The position numbers and the translations under genes are program-made. This document shows, piece by piece, positions 13,201 to 23,900 of a DNA stretch of 64,000 nucleotides. Where the stretch lies: positions 2,232,001-2,296,000 of the forward strand of contig CATNEN010000038.1 in assembly GCA_950097015.1 (NCBI GenBank). The letters run 5' to 3'. Source of the stretch: Macrostomum hystrix (Eukaryota > Animalia > Platyhelminthes). Positions within the stretch are counted from its first letter, which is position 1; the number at the start of each line of letters is the position of its first letter. Below the pieces are notes generated by a model. It saw only the letters and a list, made by a program, of their open reading frames with translations. It did not search any database and was not told the origin of the DNA.

Positions 13201-13406
13201 GCAGCGAGGGCACGTCATCGGGCGCCGAACCGAACCAGACAGTCTCCGCCGCGCGCTCCTGACCGCGGTAGCTGCCGCTGGAGTTGTTAGGTAAGGGTTG
13301 AGAAGCCACGTGAGTGTAATAATTTAAGCCGACACATCTCTCATAGTTGATTTTCAACCTAGGATTCTGTCCAACCTAGCAAAAATGGTAACTGTTGACT
13401 TACCAT
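10233..13406 (-). CDS. PP2C-like domain-containing protein (Drosophila CG9801 family), multi-exon
   Basis: Exons ~13360-13090, 12650-12357, 12145-11505 and 10709-~10237. Motifs GDPIADCF..AVADGVNWGEKSRLAA, NLGDTLAYV, DMRDAGGALGP, LATDGVTDNFDP, PGKLDHA. Start (ATG 13406|gtaagt) and last exon are uncertain. Confidence 0.88.
10884..11285. repeat. 89-bp intronic tandem repeat, ~4.5 copies
   Basis: GATATTCTATAAATAG...GCGTGCGGTGGGTGCTTGAGACAGTAAAGGCG...TTGACCGGCGCTC recurs every 89 nt. Confidence 0.95.
12190..12375. repeat. Intronic degenerate tandem repeat derived from the exon end/donor
   Basis: ccttgagcagagctgagcacac repeated; overlaps the exon 3' end. Confidence 0.8.
12785..13045. repeat. 17-18-bp intronic minisatellite (TCTTATCTCTCCCCTG)n-like
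   Basis: Direct reading. Confidence 0.95.
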
Positions 13407-13559
13407 GTAATAACAGGATGATCGAAAGTCTGTTCACTCACTGACTGAGGCAAAGACAATGAGCACATGTTGATCTGGACAGCTGCGAATTTAAACAAAT
13501 AATAAGCTCAGAAAGTGTTTTCGGGATGAATGAGAATAATAACAATAATAATAACAAGA

Positions 13560-13930
13560 ATATTAATAATAATATAATTTCATAAGGACTGCGGGCAAAG
13601 GCACATCAGTTGGTGACACTAGACCCGCAGCCAGCGAGGAGGCAACTCTGCCCATTTTGCTAACTTCTGATTACACACGCACACAGATACTGTACGCAGG
13701 CAGGCATACCCCTAACACAGGAGTGTACATCTGCCCTGCCTTTCTGATCGCCAGGCAGTGAACACTTCACTGTACCTTGGAGGTTGGCCCTCAAGGGCGT
13801 AAAATGCACGACAAGCCCCAAGCCTTCTCTCCGCGGCTGCACCATAATTTATTGTGGCCTCGCCGCAAAATCGAGCTCAGGGATCATGGTGTGAGAGGCA
13901 AACGCGTTAACCCTTTTGCCACTGGCCCCC
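13560..13930 (-). mobile_element. tRNA-derived SINE, family A (~360 bp)
   Basis: Homologous to the copy at 19011-19379; (ATT)n tail. Confidence 0.85.
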
Positions 13931-15080
13931 TTTGGATAAATAATTGTAATTCTGTAAGAAAAAAAAATAAAAGCACCCCTTTATGTATTGCATCGCTAAG
14001 AATTTCCTTATTAATTATATGATCACTTTTAGCTAAGTACTCGTAGTATAAAGTCAAGATAATTATTAATAACTGACCAAAAAAACTAAAAAACCCACTT
14101 TATGCTTACAAAATAAAGGACTTAAGATAATTACAAATTCAAGAACTTACATGCAAGGCAAAATATGTGATTCGACAGAAAATTATATTATAGTTATAGC
14201 AATTACTAATAGTCCATAGTTAGAGATTAAAAGTTGTAGCCTAAAACTAAAAAGCATTCCTATCTGACAAGCTTGAAGCAATGGACACAATTGTCTTTAT
14301 TGCGATAATAATTGTTGATAAATACCTAAAGTAAGCAAAAAAATATAGTATAGATGGTTATACGCATTAAACTAAAAACCAAGATTTGAGTCATGTGATG
14401 ACTATTATTAGAGGATGTAGATACAATATAAAACAGCAGGTCAAGGTAAAATACACGTAAAGAAAACTAAAGAAACTTTTTATTTTAATTTTGTTTTCTA
14501 AAACCTAAAATATTATTATAATTCTTTAAAAGTACAAAAGTTATGCTTTTAAATACGGCCTAGAGCCACATGTGTAATATCGAAAATATTGTAAATAATA
14601 AGAATCTGCTGTGTGACAATTAAGAGTTTAGACTGCTCCAACTAGAGAAGCAAAAAATCCTAGATTTATGCAAAAATTTATCAAAAGCAAAAAACGCAAG
14701 ACTCTCAGTCACTATCTGAAGCCGAAGCAAGGGCAGCGGTCAACATCAGCGTTGTCAGCGTATCAGCGTTGTCCGCTAATTAACGAAAATTCAGCAAAAT
14801 AAGCAAACTGAAAACGCGCAACCACTCATTAAATTAGTACAACAAATTGCGAGTTGTATTTCTTTAAAACCACAAATCTATAACTCTTTGTAATAATAAT
14901 GTATGCAAAAGACACAGTATAAAATATTTTTCACCAACTAATGTTAGCAATGTTCAAAAAATCTGCTTCTCTTATTTTTTAAGAAATCAGTTTTCATAGA
15001 AAGAGACGGCTGTGGGCACGTTTTAGTTACTAGCTTAAAATTGTTCTCCTTTTCGTGGCAGCAATTGGTTAATAACAGTA

Positions 15081-18000
15081 ATGTCAGTATTTTGCTTTCT
15101 AAAACTGTCAAAATCAATAGTTTATGTCGGCCGATTTGTTCGTCTATGTTCGACTTCGAAGACGAAAACAAAATCTGCACTTGCGAACTATACTATTTTG
15201 AATTCCCCAGAAGTCGAAAAAAAGTTAACTCCATTTCGCTTGGCTGCTGATGAGCAGGTAAGTGGAAGTAAACCACTTTTACATTATTCGCAAATTATCA
15301 CAAGTATTTGCTTCTAGATCTCCAGCCATGTGACCGCAAAGTTATTAAATATATTATATGCCTAGTAAAAAATGGTCAGCTTTCTCCCACTATTGGTATT
15401 TTTGGAGAAATAAGAACTTAATTGTAAAATAAACTATTTTGTAAGATTAGAACATTGTAACAATGCTCAAAAGTTCCTCAATTGGATTTATAAATTATTA
15501 TTTAAGGCAAAAAAATGCCAGAACTAACACAAATTTATGAGCACAGTAGAAAATCTTAAAGAAGTTAGGTGTAAAATTCGATATACTGTGCCTATAAAGA
15601 CCTAGATATGAATAGACACTTAAATGTCAAAACCAAAACTAAAACAGTGCTAAAATAAATGTATTCAAGCAAGGAGTTAAGAACTTTATACATTCAGAGT
15701 TAGTAAATGAATTTAAATTTTATTCCATTTAATCTGTCTCACCAACATGAGGTTGCCAAATAGACAGGTGCCAAAAATGAACCATGCAAACAGGCAGTTC
15801 CCAGTTCAAACTTAATCAAACTCAGTTCAATTTTAAGAAGTTCTAGAAGACAATGAAAACTAGTTTGATTGTTCAGCTAATGTAGTTTTTTGCAGTACTT
15901 CTGGTTATAAAGAAAAAAGAATAATATTTATTTATTTATTTTTAGCTGGTTATTATAGCTATGACATGTTAAATACTAACTGTTTAATATCCTAGTAGTT
16001 TTGGTATATTGTTAAGCATAAAAGAAATTAAACAAGCTATACATAGCTAGAATTTATTGTGTTTTTTCTTAGCTATACAATTAAATCATTAGCTAGCTCA
16101 TTAAACACATGATTCATTTAAGGCACAAGTAGTAAGGAACTTGAAGGAGAAGAAAGCTACGTCTGACGAATTAAATAAAGCAATTACTGAATTGAAAAAT
16201 AGAAAACAGCTTCTACAGAAGAAGGTAAGCTATTTTACATGTACCTTTATAATGAGCTAACCACATCTATCACAAGTAAAAAATACAGATTTTTCTTCAC
16301 TTTTCAGGAGCAAGAACTAAACCCTCAAGTAGAAAATATTGACAAAGAAAAACTTGATGATCTACTGAAGCAAAGATTCTTCTATGATCAGTCTTTCTCC
16401 ATCTATGGAGGTTTGTACTTTCAGTTGTTAATTTATATAATTATATGCTACTATTGTGTCTTTATTTCAGAAGAAATGCAGCACTAATAAAATGGACTGT
16501 TTAACTGGACCTAGAAAACTTAGAGTAAGTTTGATATTAGGATGTAGCAGAGTGGACTGAGAGATGTCAGGGTGGAGTAGAGTGGACTAAGAAATGTCAG
16601 CGTGGAGTAGAGTGGACTGAGAAATGTCAAGGTGGAGTAGAGTGGACTGAGAAATGTCAGGCTGAGTAGAGTGGACTAATACATGTCAGGAGGAAGTCTT
16701 CAGACTCAAATGAATGTTTCATGGTGTCACATCGGCAGGTGCGCAGGGTCTGTATGATTTCGGGCCAGCAGGTTCAGCCCTGAAGGCCAATCTACTGCAA
16801 GATTGGCGCAAGTTTTTCGTCCTTTCTGACGGGATGCTGGAGGTGACCTGCCCGGTCCTGACGCCCGAGTCCGTCTTGCGGGCCTCCGGTCATGTGGATA
16901 GATTCACCGACTTCCTGGTCAGCGACAGTCTCACCGGCGAGTCTTACCGTGCTGATCACCTGCTGAGACACAGCCTGGGATCGACTGCCACAGCTGCTGG
17001 CTCCAGTGTTGAACTGCGAGCCGAGGCCCTGAAGGCTTTGTCTGGACTGGACTCGCTTGACGAAAACGGCCTTCAGGCTTTGATTGACAGGTGAGACTCG
17101 GTCACTATTGGAATAAATATCTATTGCTGTTTTACGAATTAATAGTTGGCTAAGCGCCCCTCTGTTCAAAAAGCATGAGTAGCTATGCTTTAATATGTAG
17201 GACTAGCAAGCCATTTTGCCGCCTGGTTTTATACTAAGGGGCCCCTCCTAAACATTTTTAGGCCCGAATGCTAACAGTATTGGTTGGTGACTGATTGGTT
17301 TACAGACAGGCGATGGTGTCCTGTGGTTGAGCTGCGCCTAATATTTTTAGGCTTGATCAGTGAAATAATTATAAATTATTGGAGAAATTCGCGTCAGGTG
17401 TCCATAGTGGCCTATTTCCATGAGGCGCAGTGCTACGCTCGTAATTCGTGTTTAGTGGTGTATGAAATACACTAACGCTTATGGGAAAAATCTGACCTTT
17501 CGCCAGAACCATTGAATATCTCGACGGTCTGAAGCGCTGGCGAATTGATTCTTGTTTCAGAAGATGCGCAACAAAAAGTTGGCCCTTATTCTTGAGTTTC
17601 GCGCGCTTGCGTTGATCCGCTCGAGTGCAGAAAAATAATTGTCGTTTGGTAGTTCAACCTGTGCTTGGTATTTCTAGTGTTAAGCTGTGTATTCAAATGA
17701 CTTGTCATCTGATTCGAATTTTTTATTAAAGAAATTGAAAAAGCTTGTATATTTTTAAGCAGCTATCTGTTTTATATTATTCCCTAAGTTTCGTCATGCC
17801 ATCTGCGATTAAGGTTCACAATCACGGCTCCACATACTGGCAATCCGTTGACACCGTTGCGTCGTTTCAACCTGATGTTCGAGACTTCAGCCGGTGCTGG
17901 AGCCGCTGACTGCCAGCAGCAGCAGCAGCCGCGTCACCGGTTCTACCTGCGACCGGAGACAGCGCAGGGAATGTTCACAAATTTTCGTCGCCTTCTGAGC

Positions 18001-20729
18001 TTCAACCGAGGTCGCCTGCCCATGGCTGTAGCGCAGGTTGGGTCGAGCTTTAGAAATGAGATTCAGCCTAGATCTGGCCTGATCAGACTCAGAGAGTTCA
18101 CCCTGGCCGAGATTGAACACTTCTACGATCCGTTGGACAGGTGAGATGCAACCTCTGCCTAATGAACTAATTAGATGACGAGTCAATAGTTACTCCCTCC
18201 GTTTACTCTTTAGCAGTAGAAAAACTACGGGAATTAGGAATCGATTAGCTATCCATATTCGCTATATCGCCTAGTTGTTCTTGTCAGCGGGGTCTACGAC
18301 AAGAATCGCCAAATTTCTCGACGACGCTGACGTCGGACAGTTTTTGTTAGTTCAACGTAAAGGGTGGAAAATTTAGATTTAGATGGTGGACTTTCAGGAA
18401 AATCGGTTTATTTAGGAGTTATCGTGAAGTGGATATTTGAAATAGCCCAGTGGTCTACTGTTAATGAAGCAGTAAAAATGTCTCACTGTCCAACTAGTTG
18501 CCATCCGGACTTTGCGTCAGTGGCCAGTCTGAGCCTGCCGCTTCTCACGGCAGCCAATCAGAGCTCGTCGTCAGCGCCAACTTGGCTCAAACTCGACTCC
18601 GCCGTGGCTTCTGGCCTATTGGCTAACGAGACCTTGGCCTATTACCTGGCTAGAATTCACCTGTTCCTCACCAGCCGCTGCGGCATCGACGCCAGACGGC
18701 TTCGGTTTCGGCAGCATCCGCCAGGCGAGATGGCTCACTATGCCTCAGATTGCTGGGACGCCGAGTGCCTGGTGAGCTCTGGCGACGGCGACCTCGCCTG
18801 GGTTGAATGCGTCGGCTGCGCCGACAGGTCGGCCTACGATTTGACTCGGCACTCGGAGGCGTCCGGAGAACGTTTGGTAGCGACTCGAGCCTCACCAACT
18901 GGCACTAGCAATGCCGGTGACAGGTGAGATGCTGCCCCAACCTGTGCCTGTGTCCTGCTCAGAGCATCCTAACACTGCTTACAGCTGTTCAGTCCGCTTC
19001 ACCTGCTGCCAGGAGGATCGGTGGCAGAGCGGTTATCGCGTTTGTCTCTCGCACCACGGTCTCTGAGTTCGATTCCACGGCGAGGCCACATTTATTTGGG
19101 GCGCAGCCGCGGAGAGTTGGCTTGAGGGCTTGTCGTGCATTTTACGCCCTTGAGGGCCAACTTCCAAGGCACATTGAAATGTACACTGCCTGACAATGAG
19201 AAAGTCAGGGCAGGTGTACATACCTGTATGAGCGTATGCCTGTGTACAGTATCTGTGTGCGTGTGTGCTCAGGAGTTAGCAAAATGTGCAGAATTGCCTC
19301 CTCGCTGGCTGCGGGTCTTGTGTGACCAAATGATGTGCCATTGCCCGCAGCCCTCCTGAAATTATTATTAATATTATTACACCTGCTGCCTGCCGACTAC
19401 CTGCCTACCAACCCAACCTACCTGCCTACCAACAAACCTAACCCTAACACCTACCTGTCTACCAGCCTACCCGCCTTCGAACCAGCCAGCTTGCTTGCCT
19501 GTCTGTCTAGACATCGGTTTTTTGCCTACATATAAATATGTAATAAAATTTTTATCTTTGCCATCCAGTCCCGAAGTCTTTACGCCAAGCGTGGTGGAGC
19601 CCAGCTTCGGCATCGGTCGCATCCTGACTGCGACCCTTGAGCACAATTTTCGTCGCCGCTCAAACGACAGCTCCGGCCGGCGGACCTACCTGAGTCTGCC
19701 GGCCTGGCTGGCTCCCTACCACTGCGCCCTGCTGCCAATGAGCGCCGGCTCTGATGAGATGAGAAGCCTGGCCAAGCAGCTGGCCAAGCAACTGGCTCGC
19801 CTGGGTCTGGCCAGCTGGCTGGACTCTGACGCTCGCAGTGTGTCAATCGGCAAGCGATACGCCAGATCCGATCAGCTGGGCGTGCCCTTCGCTATCACCA
19901 TCGATTTCGACACGATGGCCGAGGCATCGGCGCTGGCGGCTCGAGACGCCGGTAGCCATCGGCCGACTGTGACACTGCGCGAGCGGGACACCATGCTACA
20001 GGTTCGAGTCCAGGTGAGTTCGCTTCTGAGTTCGGTATTTTGGTAAGGATGAGGATCAGATCAGGTTTAGATTGGTTTCTTGGATTTCAGGTGAGGTATT
20101 AGAGAGACCACACGGGGGGTAGGGTAATTTTCAATAGCCACATTTCTCCTTTCTTCAGTATCTTCAATAATATTCGACATGAAAATGTTGAACACGGGCT
20201 GAAAATTTTCCGCTCTATCCGCTCTTTCCGCTCAACTTCCATCGACACAAAACATTGAAGTTTTGATTCAGATTCTGGACTTTCACTATCGATTATTCGG
20301 TTTAGGAGCTATTCTGAAAGCATTTGTATTATCCCCTTGGAATTTCCCCAGGAGGAAAAACAGCGTGGTCTACTGTTAACATTCGGCTCGGTCTCTGGGC
20401 ACAAGTTAGTTTTGGGCATGCGTACAGTATCTTTGAGCTTGTGTGTGCTCAGGAGTCAGCGCAATGGGTGTGGGAATTGCCTTCTCGCTGGCTACGGGTC
20501 TAATGTCATCAAATGATGTGCCATTGCCCGCAGCCCTCCTGAAATTAAAAAAAAATAATTTCGATTAGTTGTGAAAATGATCGATTTCCAATCTTTGATC
20601 CCTCAGATCTCAGAAGTTGCTGATCTGGTGGCCCAGCTGGTTGCGCAGTCGGTCACGTGGCAGCAGGTGATGGATTCTCATCCAGTGTTCCGTGGCCAAA
20701 CCAGCAGTGGTCGAGTTGTTGACTCCTAG
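15081..20729 (+). CDS. GARS1: Glycyl-tRNA synthetase (alpha2 type, WHEP domain, N-terminal presequence), 8 exons, ~684 aa
   Basis: Exons 15081-15257, 16123-16224, 16308-16410, 16739-17090, 17814-18140, 18498-18923, 19569-20013 and 20607-20729 splice in frame with GT-AG. Motifs [77 protein letters not shown]. Confidence 0.96.
16545..16690. repeat. 30-bp intronic tandem repeat, ~5 copies
   Basis: gagtagagtggactgagaaatgtcagggtg repeated. Confidence 0.9.
19011..19379 (+). mobile_element. tRNA-derived SINE, family A, full-length with TSD
   Basis: A box TGGCAGAGCGG, B box GTTCGATTCC, (ATT)n tail, 11-bp TSD CACCTGCTGCC (19000-19010 and 19380-19390). Confidence 0.92.
20400..20555 (+). mobile_element. 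Family A SINE, 5'-truncated
   Basis: Matches the 3' half (gtgctcaggag...gccattgcccgcagccctcctgaaatt). Confidence 0.8.
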
Positions 20730-20987
20730 CAGCTGTCAATCATGATTTATTACTCTAGTTTTCGCATTGTCTAGTTGTAAATGTTTTTTACACAATACAC
20801 TCGTCAGATAGCAAATAATTATGCAAGCAAGGCGAATAAGTGCATTTTTAGCCAGTTTAATGAAATTTCATCGTTTTCTCAGAATCATATGTCTCATAAT
20901 CGCAATAACAATTTTATATTATTGTACACAATAAAGCAATATTGTGCCTCAGCATTTAGTTCAGTACGCACTCAAACGACGCCGAGT

Positions 20988-23900
20988 TCACAGGCCGGTG
21001 GCGAAGACCTCATTACGCAGGTGGCCGCCGCAGGTTTCTCCCGGGTCGCCCAGGCAGGGCAGGCGGCAGTCGTTGTCGTCCACCCGGCCGTGGCGGCCGA
21101 AGGCGTCCCCGCATGAGCACCACTGCGAGGCCTGCAGGGCGAAGTAGCTGCTGCCTCGCGACCGGCAGAGGCGCCAGCAGGCCCACCTGGTTGCCGCCTC
21201 GCCCAGGTGCTGCAGCTGCGGCGCGATGTCGGGATCGTTCATCTTGTCAGCGAAGCAGCCCATCCGGGTGGTGGCGTTTCCTGGGTTGCGAAGGACAACA
21301 AACACAGGGCGTATTTCCAAGAAAGACAACTCACTCCAGCAGTCCATGTACAGGGGGTGCATCTAGCTGTGAAAGGCAACTCACTCCAGCTGTCCATGTA
21401 CAGGGGGTGCATCTAGCTGTGAAAGACAACTCACTCCAGCTGTCCATGTACAGGGGGTGCATCTAGCTGTGAAAGACAACTCACTCCAGCTGTCCATGTA
21501 CAGGGGGTGCATCTAGCTGTGAAAGACAACTCACTCCAGCTGTCCATGTACAGGGGGTGCATCTAGCTGTGAAAGACAACTCACTCCAGCTGTCCATGTA
21601 CAGGGGGTGCATCTAGCTGTGAAAGACAACTCACTCCAGCTGTCCATGTACAGGGGGTGCATCTAGCTGTGAAAGGCAACTCACTCCAGCTGTCCATGTA
21701 CAGGGGGTGCATCTAGCTGTGAAAGACAACTCACTCCAGCTGTCCATGTACAGGGGGTGCATCTAGCTGTGAAAGACAACTCACTCCAGCTGTCCATGTA
21801 CAGGGGGTGCATCTAGCTGTGAAAGACAACTCACTCCAGCTGTCCATGTACAGGGGGTGCATCTAGCTGTGAAAGACAACTCACTCCAGCTGTCCATGTA
21901 CAGGGGGTGCATCTAGCTGTGAAAGACAACTCACTCCAGCTGTCCATGTACAGGGGGTGCATCTAGCTGTGAAAGACAACTCACTCCAGCTGTCCATGTA
22001 CAGGGGGTGCATCTAGCTGTGAAAGACAACTCACTCCAGCTGTCCATGTACAGGGGGTGCATCTAGCTGTGAAAGACAACTCACTCCAGCTGTCCATGTA
22101 CAGGGGGTGCATCTAGCTGTGAAAGACAACTCACTCCAGCTGTCCATGTACAGGGGGTGCATCTAGCTGTGAAAGACAACTCACTCCAGCTGTCGCTGAT
22201 TCCAGTCGTGAACACTTCGCTCTGCCCAGCTCCTCCGCAGGTAACCCTGTGGTCTCCCCTGCATGGTGAGTTGCATCCTCCAATTCCTAAGTTGCCGTCT
22301 CCGTGGATGTTACCACATGAGCACTTTTGGCCGTCGTGCATGCCGAAGTATTTGTAGCCGAGTGCGGCGCAGCGCTTCCAGCAGAGGTGGCGAGTAGCCA
22401 GATTGCCCATGTCGTGCTCCAGCAGCAGGTCGCTGTCCGTGGCCTTGCTGAAGCAGCCGACTCGAGTGACATTGGCATCTATTTTCGCGGTTTTTATGAC
22501 AGTTTTTTTGTACAGTTCGCAGAGCTAGAATATATTCTAGTAGTGATTGACAGCACAGTCAAGGCATACCCCAGTCGCCAATGCCTGTTGTAAATACTTC
22601 GTTTCTCAGCTCGCCTCCGCATGTGGTGCTGGAATCACCGCGACACCTGTCGCTGCATTCTTCGTCGGCTTCAGCGCTGCCGTGTCTGCCGAAGTTGCTG
22701 CCGCAGAAGCACATGCGTCTGTCCTGAAGGCCGAAGTACTTGTGGCCCCTGGCGAGGCAGTAGTTCCAGCAGAACTGTTTCGTCAGCATGTTGCCAGCGT
22801 CCAGACCCACCGGAAGATCGCGCTGGCTTTCCTCGTCCTTGAAGCAGCCCAGCCTGGTGACATTGCGCTCTGTTCAATATTCGTTAAAAAAGAAAAATAC
22901 TTAGTAGTTTCAATTCTGTGATCTAATTATTCTTGAACCTACAGGCTCACCCCAAGCTTCTAAGCCAGTGCTGAAAATTTCGTTGGTCCCTCGAGCTGTG
23001 GCATCGCAGGATAGCGACGCTTCGTCCATGCAGTTCTCGCCGCACTCTTCATCGCGGACCAGTCCGAATCGATCGAAGGAGTTTCCGCACAGGCATACCA
23101 TCAGTTCCTCCTTCATTGCGAAGTACTTGAAGCTGCGAGACCGACAGTAGAGCCAACAATAGTGCTTGCCGAAGAATGTGCTGAAATCACTGGCCCTGTG
23201 CTCGATCGGCAAGGTGCGATTACCGCTATTCTCTTTGAAGCAGGCGACACGAGTGACTTGCCTCTCTGGAGTTTTGTTTTCATGTCACTTTGTAGTTTCG
23301 GTACTGGGAGGGTGAGTGGCAGAGCAGTTTAACGCACCAAGGTCCCTGAGCTCGATTCAGCGGTGAGGCCACATTCATTTGGGGCTTGGAGGATTGTCAT
23401 CTTATTCACGTCTTTAAAGGGCCAACCTCCAAGGCGAAAGTGTACACTGCCTGACGATGAGAAAGTCATGGCACCGCTGTGAGTGCGTGCCTGTATACAG
23501 TATATCTGTGCGTGTGTGCTCAGTGCTCAACGAAATGTGCAGAATTGCCTTCTCCCTGGCTGGGGGTCTAGTGTCACAAAATAATGTGCCAGTGCCCATG
23601 CATATAGCCCTCCTGTAAATATTAAAAATATTTTTACTTGGATATTGCCGGTTGTTGCACTTATAGGCAGCATTTGCCATGCCATTGCATAGAAAAACTT
23701 CACACGTTTATGCATACGCAAGCACACGTATGGTGTGTATCTCATGCCTGCCTATTAAATCAATTGACAAACTCGCGGTATTTTTGGCGCGGGACGTCTA
23801 GAACGAAGCTTACCCCACTGTCCGACCCCGGTGGTGAGCAGCAGATTCCTCATACTGCCCCCGCACTTGGTGCTGCTGTCGCCCTCGCACGGCATTAAGC

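Noticed and set aside
21321-22194. CRISPR-like array
   Set aside because: No unique spacers, no cas genes, eukaryotic intron; the same applies to the arrays at 36809, 37890, 38878, 47083 and 60320.
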